The notes under the pieces were generated by a model. The model was not told the origin of the DNA. It saw only the letters and a list, made by a program, of their open reading frames with translations, and ran no database searches. A DNA stretch of 56,781 nucleotides from Burkholderiales bacterium (GTDB lineage Bacteria > Pseudomonadota > Gammaproteobacteria > Burkholderiales > UBA11063): the NCBI GenBank assembly GCA_019744945.1, contig JAIETT010000020.1:1-56781 (forward strand), in the 5' to 3' direction. Both the position numbers and the translations under genes were made by a program. Each line of letters begins with the position of its first letter. The first letter of the stretch is position 1. Shown here piece by piece: positions 29,833-39,479 of this stretch.

Positions 29833-30613
29833 CTAATATCTCCAGCGTTAATCTAAAATATTCTAAATCCCAAATACTTGGACTCTCACAAACTTTAATA
29901 AACTTACTATAGCTATAACTTGGGCTAATCATTACAAAAAAATCGTGCTTACTAGCAAATTTAGCCATTACGCTATTTATCCATGATTCACGCTTATCAA
30001 ACCAATATTTAAACAATATAAGATATTGTTCAAATACAGGAATTAAATTTTCTTTACAACGATTTCGTTGTAATTTATTACGCGAAACGCCTGTTTTTAG
30101 TGCTAATTGTTCAATTGTCAACTCGGTTATTGCACAGAATTCATTCAAACTAAATTGTTGAGAATTGATCAATTTATTTTGATACTCACATAACTCATTA
30201 ATTTTATTTAGTTTTAATTCATTAAATGTAGTTTGTTGTAATCGCTCATCTACTCGTGATAACACAATATCATCAATATTAATTATCTGGCATTCAATGT
30301 CATCAACAGGTGGTGTAAAATTTTTAGCATAAAGTTTTTTAGCTATATCACTCACTCTTAATTCAAAGTAACGTCCATTAAAGTTATATTCACCAGAGAT
30401 AATTTGCTGTAGCAAATTACCCTCAATCACCGCTAATACCATTTCAGCATGGAGATCTTCATAATCAACATGGTAATTTCTAGCTACTTTTTTACTTAAG
30501 TATCTACAATATTGGCTACTCATGACTAATTGTCCAAACGATTCTAAGCTTGCATCTTGGCTAATCAAGCTTTTAAGTTCAGATAAAAATAATTGATAGC
30601 TTTTATTTATCAT
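29825..30613 (-). CDS. Hypothetical protein with possible HTH (candidate regulator)
   Basis: LTIEQLALKTGVSRNKL HTH-like segment. Confidence 0.5.
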   Translation of the reverse strand: MINKSYQLFLSELKSLISQDASLESFGQLVMSSQYCRYLSKKVARNYHVDYEDLHAEMVLAVIEGNLLQQIISGEYNFNGRYFELRVSDIAKKLYAKNFTPPVDDIECQIINIDDIVLSRVDERLQQTTFNELKLNKINELCEYQNKLINSQQFSLNEFCAITELTIEQLALKTGVSRNKLQRNRCKENLIPVFEQYLILFKYWFDKRESWINSVMAKFASKHDFFVMISPSYSYSKFIKVCESPSIWDLEYFRLTLEILDV

Positions 30614-31889
30614 TTTGAAATGCCTCAGTTAATAACATATCACTATCCTGTTTAGTCACGAGAGTTTGTCCAATACTATCAATTGCAGGTTGTAATTTGA
30701 GCATCGCTGATATTTTTATTGGTACATCTTTTGTTTGAGTATTATCCACCAACTGTGACGTTACTCTTGATTCTGCTGCACTTGCTTTAGCAAGCCGATG
30801 GTCGGAGTTTTCTGGACTTTTATTGCGCTTCTTCGTTATCTTTTTATTTATATTATTAGGATCTAATTTAACTGTTTCAACAAGTGGAACAAGTAACACC
30901 TCATCATCTGTAACGATTTCATCATCTATTTTTCTTTTAACCTCTTGTAGGTTATTAACATTAACTGGAGTATGAACTATTTGCTCAAATGAAGTTACTT
31001 CATTATGGGCACACACTAATAAATGGATTAATAGTTCACCAATTACAGAAGTTGAAACCAATCCACCCTCTTTATAATGCTTTGGTCGATTATCAAATTC
31101 TAGATAATATCCCAATGCAAACATTATGGCATCACGTAAATCTTCCTGTAATTGCCAAAATGCATGGATTCTACTGACTATTAATCGAGCTCGTTTTGGA
31201 TGGTAACCCAAATAAGTTAACTCCCCTGCAATAACTTCAGCAGCATCAATTTTTCCTACGTCATGCGCAATTCCAATAATGGGGAGTAAATTATTATTTT
31301 TAATCTCATCAAAGTAAACATATTTCAAGTTATTTGGACCCAGAAATTTATTTCTTATTAACAACTCATTGCATTCATCAGCACTTAATTTTGAATATTC
31401 AAGTAGTTTATTTGTAACTTTAATACTGTGTGCATAAAGAGACATACGATCGTTAGCTGTTGCTGGTAAATTGATATGATGCTTTAAAATGCCACATAGT
31501 TTTATGAAAATTACAGTTTGTGTAGGATGATTTGCTTCTGAACTAATTATCCACTGTTGTAACTCGACTGGTAAATCTCGCTTAAGTGATATGCTATCAA
31601 AAATTAAGGGCTTACCATCTGGTAATAATCCTTGCGTAGTACCATAACGACCATTGCCATTTTGACGGAGTATTTGCTGCAGTTTATATCGTTTAGTGCC
31701 TGCTACAATACTTAAAGATACAAAAAATCCACACCCTGTTAAACCAATAACCATTATCCATGAATCAATAAAATTATTAACAAGATGCTTTAGCGATACG
31801 CCTGCAATTAGCATATAAATAGAGCACATTAAATATACAAACATGAAGATTATAAAAATAGATTTTATAATCGGATTATCTTTAATCAT
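30603..31889 (-). CDS. Membrane-anchored HD-domain protein (distantly MOBH/TraI_2-like)
   Basis: Two N-terminal TMs; LPAT..SLYAHSIKV and IAHDVGK. Confidence 0.55.
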   Translation of the reverse strand: MIKDNPIIKSIFIIFMFVYLMCSIYMLIAGVSLKHLVNNFIDSWIMVIGLTGCGFFVSLSIVAGTKRYKLQQILRQNGNGRYGTTQGLLPDGKPLIFDSISLKRDLPVELQQWIISSEANHPTQTVIFIKLCGILKHHINLPATANDRMSLYAHSIKVTNKLLEYSKLSADECNELLIRNKFLGPNNLKYVYFDEIKNNNLLPIIGIAHDVGKIDAAEVIAGELTYLGYHPKRARLIVSRIHAFWQLQEDLRDAIMFALGYYLEFDNRPKHYKEGGLVSTSVIGELLIHLLVCAHNEVTSFEQIVHTPVNVNNLQEVKRKIDDEIVTDDEVLLVPLVETVKLDPNNINKKITKKRNKSPENSDHRLAKASAAESRVTSQLVDNTQTKDVPIKISAMLKLQPAIDSIGQTLVTKQDSDMLLTEAFQNDK

Positions 31890-32427
31890 AAAAACTCCAA
31901 CATTTAGTCCAATGTATATTGTGATTTAAATTTGGATTGCGACAAGTCATCCATAATTGTCCACTCGAATTCACGACAACCAAGTTGCGCTCTATTAATA
32001 GTCTACTATTGATAAAATGTTTATCAATATCTTTAATAATAACGCCCGGGTTTTGCCAAATAAACATTGCAGACAAAACAACCTCTTTATTACAGTGATA
32101 AGTAATTTCTTCATTCAAGACTACAGGTAAATTACATTTTATATTATTAAATGCTATATTATTTTTATAAAGCTCACACTGCATCCGTATTCTAATTAAC
32201 TCATGTGGCATATTCAAAACATGGCAACAATCTTGCAAACTTGGTTTACCAGGTTGAAATAATTCTTCATAAATCCACAAAATTGATTGATTCTTTTGAT
32301 ATTTGGTACCAACTAAAGCTGATTTAATATGACTTCTAATAATTGATACCATATTGAGCTCAATACAATTCAAATCATCATCAGATAATGAATTAACAAG
32401 TCCTGATAATTTTTTAGAGTGTTTCAT
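31882..32427 (-). CDS. Hypothetical protein
   Basis: 181-aa ORF translationally coupled in operon. Confidence 0.65.
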   Translation of the reverse strand: MKHSKKLSGLVNSLSDDDLNCIELNMVSIIRSHIKSALVGTKYQKNQSILWIYEELFQPGKPSLQDCCHVLNMPHELIRIRMQCELYKNNIAFNNIKCNLPVVLNEEITYHCNKEVVLSAMFIWQNPGVIIKDIDKHFINSRLLIERNLVVVNSSGQLWMTCRNPNLNHNIHWTKCWSFYD

Positions 32428-33260
32428 TACTCAGGCTTTGCTTCTGACTCAATAATCTTATGTAACCATAGCGGTTTACCTAAGAAATAATTATTGACTG
32501 AAGCATTATCCATGAAAGTAATTTTACTTGAGTGAAGATAACTCATGATAACAGGAGCTTCACTTCCGCTTAATGTAACTGCTTTAGATCGCAAAGAACA
32601 ATTAAATGCAATAGGTAGGTACTTACCTCTATTTTTTAATTTCTTAATTTGATCATATTGCACCTGACATCTCTTTCCGTAAATGCGAACAGGTAGAAAT
32701 GTGTCTGGTCCAGTTCTCAAATTAAGTAACAAACAATCAGCTTTTTTTTCACCTTTAGGATCTTTATCAAATACTAATCCATCTAAAAAACCAGCAACAA
32801 TTACATTATTAACAACTTTACCAAACGGCATCTCTAGCCCAAATTCCTTATAAATATCAAAAGAATTTGCTGTAGTAGGATTAGCAAGCGGATCAGATTT
32901 AGGTAATTCATTTAATGATGGTTGTTCTAGACTTAAAACTTTAAGAACAATTGACGGCTGTCCAAAATTACTAATTGCCGCAAGTCTGGCGTAAATTTTA
33001 ACTCCGCTTCCCTCTTGATATGATTGAGGTAAGTAGTCATTTTTATCTAACTCGACTAAGAAAATACCTGATGCGTACTCACTTTGCCTAATATAAAAAG
33101 ATTTACGGTCTTCGCTTAGTTGAAAAATATACCCTGACATCCAACCGCAATTAATTAAATTATTAAGAAACCGATAGGTGCGATTTCCAGATTCTTCTTT
33201 TGATAGCATAATGTTTCCTTTCATAAAATCACATTTAGCTAAATGGATTTTAACAATCAC
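32427..33260 (-). CDS. Putative tandem OB-fold ssDNA-binding protein
   Basis: Two SSB-like starts (INCGWMSGYI; NNVIVAGFL); first gene after operator copy 6. Confidence 0.45.
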   Translation of the reverse strand: MIVKIHLAKCDFMKGNIMLSKEESGNRTYRFLNNLINCGWMSGYIFQLSEDRKSFYIRQSEYASGIFLVELDKNDYLPQSYQEGSGVKIYARLAAISNFGQPSIVLKVLSLEQPSLNELPKSDPLANPTTANSFDIYKEFGLEMPFGKVVNNVIVAGFLDGLVFDKDPKGEKKADCLLLNLRTGPDTFLPVRIYGKRCQVQYDQIKKLKNRGKYLPIAFNCSLRSKAVTLSGSEAPVIMSYLHSSKITFMDNASVNNYFLGKPLWLHKIIESEAKPE

Positions 33261-33273
33261 CGCAAATCAAAAA

Positions 33274-33291
33274 ATACCCAAAAATGGGTAT
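33274..33291. promoter_or_regulatory. Palindromic operator, copy 6
   Basis: AAAAATACCCaaaaatGGGTATTTTT between divergent tra and ardC operons. Confidence 0.8.
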
Positions 33292-33451
33292 TTTTATACT
33301 TTTACAAGTAATTCAGAAAAAGCGTACAGATTTGCAAAATTTGCATTTTTGATTTCGATATATATACATAATGTAACATATAAACCCCGAAGGACTGTTT
33401 TGGCAGTCCCTCGTGGCTGTCATGCAGTTCTTTCTTTATGAAAGATCTATC

Positions 33452-34279
33452 ATGAAAAACATACAAGACAATAAGCAACTATATCTAGATTTATTTAAAG
33501 AGGCTATTAGCCAACCAGGTAAAGTGGGTGATTTTTATTCGTATTTTCACAACTACAGCTTTGGCAACATGGTTTTATTGTGGTCACAAGGAGTTAACTC
33601 TCCCGTTGGATCATTTAAAAGCTGGGGAAAAGTAAATAGACGAGTAAATAAAGGTGCATCAGCAAAGTATATTTGTATTCCTATTAGCTTTAAAGGCTAC
33701 AAGGACAATCCAAATAGCGATGAAACAGAAGAATTTAGTTATACTAGATTTTTTCTTAAAAAGTGCATCTTTGAATTAAATGATACCAATGGTGAAGACT
33801 TCTATGCTCCTGAAGTTAATCTCCCTGAATTTGATAAGAACAAACTATTTGCTGGATTAAATATCCAAGAAATAGATTTTTCTCAATTCCAGAGCCTTAA
33901 TTGTCAAGGTTACGCTAGACCAGACTGCAACCAAGTTGCAATTAATCCAGTCGCTACGTTTCCAATTAAAACTATGCTACATGAGGTAGCTCATTGTTTG
34001 TTGCACAAACGAGATGAGGATGGGTCATTAACATCTCATGGAGTAGATTTACCTCGTGATATTCGCGAGGTTGAAGCTGAAGCAACTGCATATTTAGCTG
34101 GTTGCTTTTTAGATGTTCTTGATGATAAAGCAAAGCTGTTTTCTCGAGGCTACATTCAAGATTGGATGCTAGTGTCAGAATTACCAGAAAAAAATATTCA
34201 ACGTATTTTTGGTGCAGTTGACAAAATCATTAAGGCATTGCATTGTAATTTAAATATTAATTTGGAAGAATTGGCATGA
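33452..34279 (+). CDS. ardC: ArdC-like antirestriction protein (ssDNA-binding N domain plus zincin HExxH domain)
   Basis: YSFGNMVLL..SFKSWGKVNRRVNKG; LHEVAH; REVEAE; SRGYIQDW. Confidence 0.75.
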   Translation: MKNIQDNKQLYLDLFKEAISQPGKVGDFYSYFHNYSFGNMVLLWSQGVNSPVGSFKSWGKVNRRVNKGASAKYICIPISFKGYKDNPNSDETEEFSYTRFFLKKCIFELNDTNGEDFYAPEVNLPEFDKNKLFAGLNIQEIDFSQFQSLNCQGYARPDCNQVAINPVATFPIKTMLHEVAHCLLHKRDEDGSLTSHGVDLPRDIREVEAEATAYLAGCFLDVLDDKAKLFSRGYIQDWMLVSELPEKNIQRIFGAVDKIIKALHCNLNINLEELA

Positions 34280-34710
34280 TAACTTTTAAAAAAGGCAACA
34301 TTTTCAAATCCAATTGCAAAGCTATAGTTAACCCAGTTAACTGTATCGGAGTAATGGGAGCTGGACTTGCCAAAGAAATGAAGCATCGATATCCGATTAA
34401 TTTTCAAAAATATGCCACAGCTTGTGAAAACAAATCATTGATTATCGGTAAATGTTTAACTGTATTGGAAAGTGATAAATACATTATTAATTTTCCAACT
34501 AAAATTCATTGGCGAGATAAAAGTAAATATGAATATATTGAAAATGGTTTAGTAGCACTCGTTAGACATATTAAACATTATGGATTAGATTCAATAGCCA
34601 TTCCAGCTCTTGGATGTGGTCTTGGTGGTCTTAACTTCATGACGGTACAACAACTAATAGTTGATGCCCTTCAAGAATTATCTATTGATATAGAGATTTA
34701 TATCAATTAA
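34276..34710 (+). CDS. Macrodomain protein (DarG/Poa1p-like ADP-ribosyl glycohydrolase)
   Basis: IVNPVNCIGVMGAGLA, IINFPTK.HW, IAIPALGCGLGGL. Confidence 0.88.
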   Translation: MITFKKGNIFKSNCKAIVNPVNCIGVMGAGLAKEMKHRYPINFQKYATACENKSLIIGKCLTVLESDKYIINFPTKIHWRDKSKYEYIENGLVALVRHIKHYGLDSIAIPALGCGLGGLNFMTVQQLIVDALQELSIDIEIYIN

Positions 34711-34822
34711 GTAATTATTAAAACTAAAGCTTATATTCAAATATAGCTTAATTAACATAAACCAGAGGTGATTTATTTCACCTTTGGTGAAATAAATTGC
34801 TTCATTTTTTAGTGAGGTATTT

Positions 34823-35020
34823 ATGACAAATAAAATCAAGTTTAGTCAACGACAGCTTGATAAGATTGCAGATCAATTGCGAATTTTATCTTGGGCACAA
34901 GGTGCTATTGCTACACAGTTGCACTTTGATTGGTCCTATGCTATAATATTTTCCATAGTATGTATATGGATTACGTTGCAATCTATAGCATGCTTTTTAG
35001 AAAGGGATAAAAATGTCTGA
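34823..35020 (+). CDS. Small membrane protein
   Basis: GAGG RBS, hydrophobic C-half. Confidence 0.5.
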   Translation: MTNKIKFSQRQLDKIADQLRILSWAQGAIATQLHFDWSYAIIFSIVCIWITLQSIACFLERDKNV

Positions 35021-35174
35021 TGGTCTAATCTCATTTATTATCTTAGAGGTATTTTGTATTCTGGTGTGCGCTTTTGCATATTGGGCTAAATCAAGACAGG
35101 ATGATGAACCATCTACTAACGGTAGAAAAGGTTCAATGCGAAATCATAAGATTTCACACTAATAACAAACTTCT

Positions 35175-35197
35175 AAAGCACCTCTATAGGTGCTTTT
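35175..35197 (+). terminator. Rho-independent terminator-like hairpin
   Basis: AAAGCACCT-ctat-AGGTGCTTTT. Confidence 0.6.
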
Positions 35198-35606
35198 ATC
35201 CTCAAGTAGTATATAATTTGCCAATAAATTGTACTGCCCCAACTGCTGTTATAGAACCCTCACGGATTCAAGTAGTATATAATAGTACAATAGATCGACT
35301 GCAGGCAGATGGTGTTATAGAATTCTTACGAGTTTAAGTAGTATATAATCGCTCTTAATTTCTACATCCAGCGGTAACGGTTATAGAATCCTTACGGATT
35401 TAAGTAGTATATAATTTTTAATATATGATTTAAAGTTATTATATCGTTATAGAATCCTTACGGATTTAAGTAGTATATAATGAGTTTGATCAAGCCAATC
35501 CTGAATCGTCTGTTATAGAATCCTTACGGATTTAAGTAGTATATAATAGGTAATACTCCCATTTTTAGAGCAATTTAAAAGTATAGATTATTTACGGCTT
35601 AAATAA

Positions 35607-36422
35607 TTACTTCTTAAATACTGGTGGTATGCCACGATTTGCCATATGTGGTCTCACATTATTATACATCCAGATCCACTGAGTGGATTGTTGTTTTACT
35701 TGTTCAATGTTCTCAAATAAGCATTGATTTAGTAATTCATAGCGCATAGTTCGGTTAAAACGCTCAACATAACCATTTTGCTGGGGATTTCCTGGCTGGA
35801 TATACCACAGCTCAATTTCATTAATTTTTGCCCATTGTTTCAAGCTGCCACTAATATACTCTGGTCCATTATCACATCTAATTGCAAATGGTTTGCCGCG
35901 ATGTTCAATTAACCTGTCTAGCGTTCTTATCACCCGCGCAGCTGGTAGTGAAAAATCAATCTCAGTTTCCAATGCTTCACGGTTATAGTCATCTATTATG
36001 TTCATCGTGCGATATTTCCTACCATCAATTAGATTATCATGCATGAAATCCATTGACCAGATATGATTTTGAAACTGTGCGCTTGCTAGTTTCTCTGGTC
36101 GCTCACGCTTAACTCTACGTTTGGGTTTTATGCGCAGGTTTAAGCATAATTCACAATAGATACGATAAACACGTTTATGGTTAAACTGTAACTTCAGGAC
36201 ATTGCGAATATACAAATAGCATAGTTGAAATCCCCATGTTCTATGTTCATTAGTAATGCCTAACAGTAACTGCGCAATCCGTTCATTATCATCGTTAAGC
36301 TTACTTGTGTAACGATATGTAGTTTCGCTTATACAAAATAATCGACACACTCGTCTAACACTAAGACCCTTGCTCAACATTACTTCTTTTGCCATCAATT
36401 TACGTTGAGATGGCTTTACCAC
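35607..36422 (-). CDS. IS3-family transposase OrfB (DDE integrase core)
   Basis: WSMDF, RCDNGPEY, PGNPQQNGYVERFN. Confidence 0.93.
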   Translation of the reverse strand: MVKPSQRKLMAKEVMLSKGLSVRRVCRLFCISETTYRYTSKLNDDNERIAQLLLGITNEHRTWGFQLCYLYIRNVLKLQFNHKRVYRIYCELCLNLRIKPKRRVKRERPEKLASAQFQNHIWSMDFMHDNLIDGRKYRTMNIIDDYNREALETEIDFSLPAARVIRTLDRLIEHRGKPFAIRCDNGPEYISGSLKQWAKINEIELWYIQPGNPQQNGYVERFNRTMRYELLNQCLFENIEQVKQQSTQWIWMYNNVRPHMANRGIPPVFKK

Positions 36423-36682
36423 TTTTTTGCCATAGCCTCTTTTAGAACATCGTGATCCATCTGTAATTCAGCATACATTCGCTTTAATCTATTGTTCTCT
36501 GCTTCAAGCTGTTTTACTTTGGATAGCATTGAGGCATCCATGCCGCCATATTTAGAGCGCCATTTATAAAATGTGGCACTGCTTATGCCATTGTTACGAC
36601 ATACTTCCGTGATTGGCATACCACTTTCTGCCAATTTTAGAATATTGATTATTTGTGATTCGGTAAACTTTGAGTTCTTCAT
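36416..36682 (-). CDS. IS3-family transposase OrfA (HTH)
   Basis: FTESQIINIL, VCRNNGISSATFYKWRSKYGGM, ENNRLKRM. Confidence 0.93.
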   Translation of the reverse strand: MKNSKFTESQIINILKLAESGMPITEVCRNNGISSATFYKWRSKYGGMDASMLSKVKQLEAENNRLKRMYAELQMDHDVLKEAMAKKW

Positions 36683-37712
36683 TTTTAATACCCTTCTTGG
36701 TGTTAGTCGATATTGTAAATCTCTCTACTTATCAATAGCACTTTTTTTAGGGGGTATTACCAATAGAACTAATGGAATTACACCGTTCGAATTATGTTAT
36801 AGAATCCTTACGGATTTAAGTAGTATATAATTCTTATACTCAGGTAGTGCTCTAGCAGTTTGTTATAGAATCCTTACGGATTTAAGTAGTATATAATTTT
36901 AATGTTTTTTTGATCAGCTTGATTTAGGTTATAGAATCCTTACGGATTTAAGTAGTATATAATGAAATTTTATTACTTCTCGATAAAAGAGATGTTATAG
37001 AATCCTTACGGATTTAAGTAGTATATAATTTTATATGCGGCAGAGGCTTTTCTCTTTTAGTTATAGAATCCTTACGGATTTAAGTAGTATATAATGATTC
37101 CTCCAGTCATAAATTATAGTTTGAGGTTATAGAATCCTTACGGATTTAAGTAGTATATAATTTAGTCAATGCAACACCTGTGCGTGGATCAGTTATAGAA
37201 TCCTTACGGATTTAAGTAGTATATAATCCTATTGTTATGCGGCGGTAGTTTTTGTTAGTTATAGAATCCTTACGGATTTAAGTAGTATATAATTATGAAT
37301 ATAACAGGCGTCACTCGAAGAATGTTATAGAATCCTTACGGATTTAAGTAGTATATAATTCGTGCTAAAATGAATGCTTGCCAACTAATGTTATAGAATC
37401 CTTACGGATTTAAGTAGTATATAATTTTTGGAGATAATATGTTTAAAATAATTAAGTTATAGAATCCTTACGGATTTAAGTAGTATATAATTTTCTATAA
37501 AATCAAGTATTTGTGGTGCATGTTATAGAATCCTTACGGATTTAAGTAGTATATAATTAATATTTTTCAAATTAAGATATCAATTATGTTATAGAATCCT
37601 TACGGATTTAAGTAGTATATAATAGATCAACGATAACTCATTGTTATCAAAGAATAATAGTGTGGTTTTGAATAATTTTCACGCCGTTATTATCATAATG
37701 CTATAATGGCGA

Positions 37713-37810
37713 ATATACTACTTAAATCTTGTGAGCATTTTATAATAATGCTTCAAGCAGTAAGGCTTACATCCAACTGTAAAGAAACCACGACCTAGGT
37801 CGTGGTTTTT
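37713..37810 (+). ncRNA. tracrRNA
   Basis: Anti-repeat ATATACTACTTAAATCTTGTGAGCATTTTATAAT pairs with the repeat (with G-U pairs); TGcTATAAT extended -10 at 37699-37707; terminator AAACCACGACC-ta-GGTCGTGGTTTTT. Confidence 0.9.
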
Positions 37811-37813
37811 GCA

Positions 37814-38152
37814 TTAGAATAAAAACAATTGCTTGTTGTTTGCTGTAATTTTCTCAAAGTTAGTCATATCGCCAACTAAAAATTCCATGCTTGCATACTG
37901 TTTTTCAGTTACCTGTAATAATCGCACATTACCAATATTTGGTAAATTGAATTTTAATCTCGCTATATGCTTGTCGGCTACAACTTGACTGTTGCAGATT
38001 CTGGAATATAGTGAGTACTGCAACATATCATAGCCATCTTTAATTAAGAACTTATGAAATAGCTGATAACTTCGTTTATCCGCTATTGTTTGTGTCGGTA
38101 GATCATACATTACTAAAAGTCTCAACCAGCGATATCCACTAACATTAATCAA
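37814..38152 (-). CDS. cas2: CRISPR-associated protein Cas2
   Basis: LVMYDLP, FHKFLIKDGYDMLQYSLYSR, GNVRLLQVTEKQY. Confidence 0.96.
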   Translation of the reverse strand: MINVSGYRWLRLLVMYDLPTQTIADKRSYQLFHKFLIKDGYDMLQYSLYSRICNSQVVADKHIARLKFNLPNIGNVRLLQVTEKQYASMEFLVGDMTNFEKITANNKQLFLF

Positions 38153-39044
38153 GATTAATTCTTATTATTGATTCTGGGATCTGCGGTAAAAGTAAGCAAT
38201 TCTTTTTATGCTTTATTGACAGAACATAACTATTAACCATTACTTGTATCGAGTTTAGTATCGTCATCGACTTATTGTCAATTATAATCAGATGATATAA
38301 GATGTCAATTACCTGGCCCTTTGTTCTTGCGTTTAGCGTTTGGTTTACACCAATTTTTGCAGTTATATACCAATCAATAAATCCACGATAAGGTTCGATT
38401 AGATCATCTACTAAATTAAATGCATTAAGTTCATTATCATGATGTATTCCAAAAGTTGGTAACAAACCAGCTGCAACCACTACTCTAGCTATTAAGCTAC
38501 GAACAACTGAATAACCGTAATTGAGCAGTGCATTGATTGAGTCATCACAGTTTCGTGTAAAATCTTTACCAAACATCAATAAAAAATATTTTCTGCTAGC
38601 TTCAGCCTCATGGTTATTCTTATCTCCAATACTGACATTAGCTGCTAGATTATATAAATTAGCGCATGATCCAATTAGTTTTTCACAGACGAGTGCTTGA
38701 TTAATGATTTTTTGTTGAATAATGAATTGCCATAATACATCATTAAAATAACGAGTAGCATTGATTTGCTGTTTTATAACTAAGTTCTGTCTACTATGTG
38801 GTAAGTAACTTAACAACACTCCATTTGGTACATGGTTATCACCAATTATAATTAATGCTATATTCTTTGCAGATAACAAGCTTAATAACCCATTGGTAAC
38901 AGTTATCTGTGGATTATCTAGCACAATACACGCTAAATCTTCCACAGGTAAAAAATTACTTATTTGTTTTTGTGTGATTTTAATCCTGCATGAGTCAAGC
39001 GACAAATAAGCAGGATTGCTAATCATTAATGTTTGATATGCCAT
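38145..39044 (-). CDS. cas1: Type II CRISPR-associated integrase Cas1
   Basis: EAEASRKYF, NALLNYGY, GIHHDNELNAFNLVDDLIEPYR; catalytic E/H/acidic residues present. Confidence 0.96.
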   Translation of the reverse strand: MAYQTLMISNPAYLSLDSCRIKITQKQISNFLPVEDLACIVLDNPQITVTNGLLSLLSAKNIALIIIGDNHVPNGVLLSYLPHSRQNLVIKQQINATRYFNDVLWQFIIQQKIINQALVCEKLIGSCANLYNLAANVSIGDKNNHEAEASRKYFLLMFGKDFTRNCDDSINALLNYGYSVVRSLIARVVVAAGLLPTFGIHHDNELNAFNLVDDLIEPYRGFIDWYITAKIGVNQTLNARTKGQVIDILYHLIIIDNKSMTILNSIQVMVNSYVLSIKHKKNCLLLPQIPESIIRINLD

Positions 39045-39366
39045 TGTTTATATAAGATTTAGTGTTTGCAGTTTTTTCTAGATAATATAAAACAATCAGT
39101 TGAATTGCAATTCTTTTAAATTTTAGATTATTAACGCCTGTAAGTTTTTTTAGTTCAGCAACGGCGTCTTGGTTTTTATTGAGGTAAAATCGACCATCTC
39201 TTAATATTAACAAGTCTGAATAATTTACAGTGTCAAGATAATCAGTTACCTTTGAATTATTTAATATCTTTATTACTTCACGTGTAGATTTTGATTTCCA
39301 CCACTGTATTACAAAGATCAAAACAATAGTCAGACCTAAAAATATATTAAGTATAATATCAAACAT
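39019..39366 (-). CDS. Small N-terminally membrane-anchored protein between cas9 and cas1
   Basis: MFDIILNIFLGLTIVLIFVIQWW TM; GAAGG RBS; overlaps cas1 start. Confidence 0.7.
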   Translation of the reverse strand: MFDIILNIFLGLTIVLIFVIQWWKSKSTREVIKILNNSKVTDYLDTVNYSDLLILRDGRFYLNKNQDAVAELKKLTGVNNLKFKRIAIQLIVLYYLEKTANTKSYINNGISNIND

Positions 39367-39479
39367 CAGATTAACCTTCAAAAAAATTACAACAAATCAG
39401 AATTTAAGCAGAGATAGTTTGGTATTTTTCAAGAAACTCTCAAACATATATTAAATACATTCTCTATCTTTGCAATATT

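Larger units (their letters stand above)
35549..36761 (-). mobile_element. IS3-family insertion sequence (IS407-like group), 1213 bp
   Basis: IRs GGTAATACTCCC / GGGGGTATTACC; 4-bp target duplication AATA (35545-35548, 36762-36765); orfA/orfB overlap with A6G frameshift site. Confidence 0.93.
35202..37623 (+). CRISPR. Type II-C CRISPR array: 18 full 36-bp repeats plus 1 partial, 18 spacers (30 nt; the IS-hit spacer 31 nt), interrupted by an IS
   Basis: Repeat GTTATAGAATCCTTACGGATTTAAGTAGTATATAAT with 66-bp period; degenerate repeats at the left end (35202, 35248, 35314); each repeat ends in TATAAT. Confidence 0.98.

Noticed and set aside
35074-36830. ORFs 35074-35337 and 36573-36830
   Set aside because: Run through CRISPR repeats or antisense to the IS
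24587-37587. Self-targeting of the window by array or mini-array spacers
   Set aside because: Only 9-10-nt matches noticed by eye (e.g. near 30911), expected by chance in AT-rich DNA; not exhaustively searched
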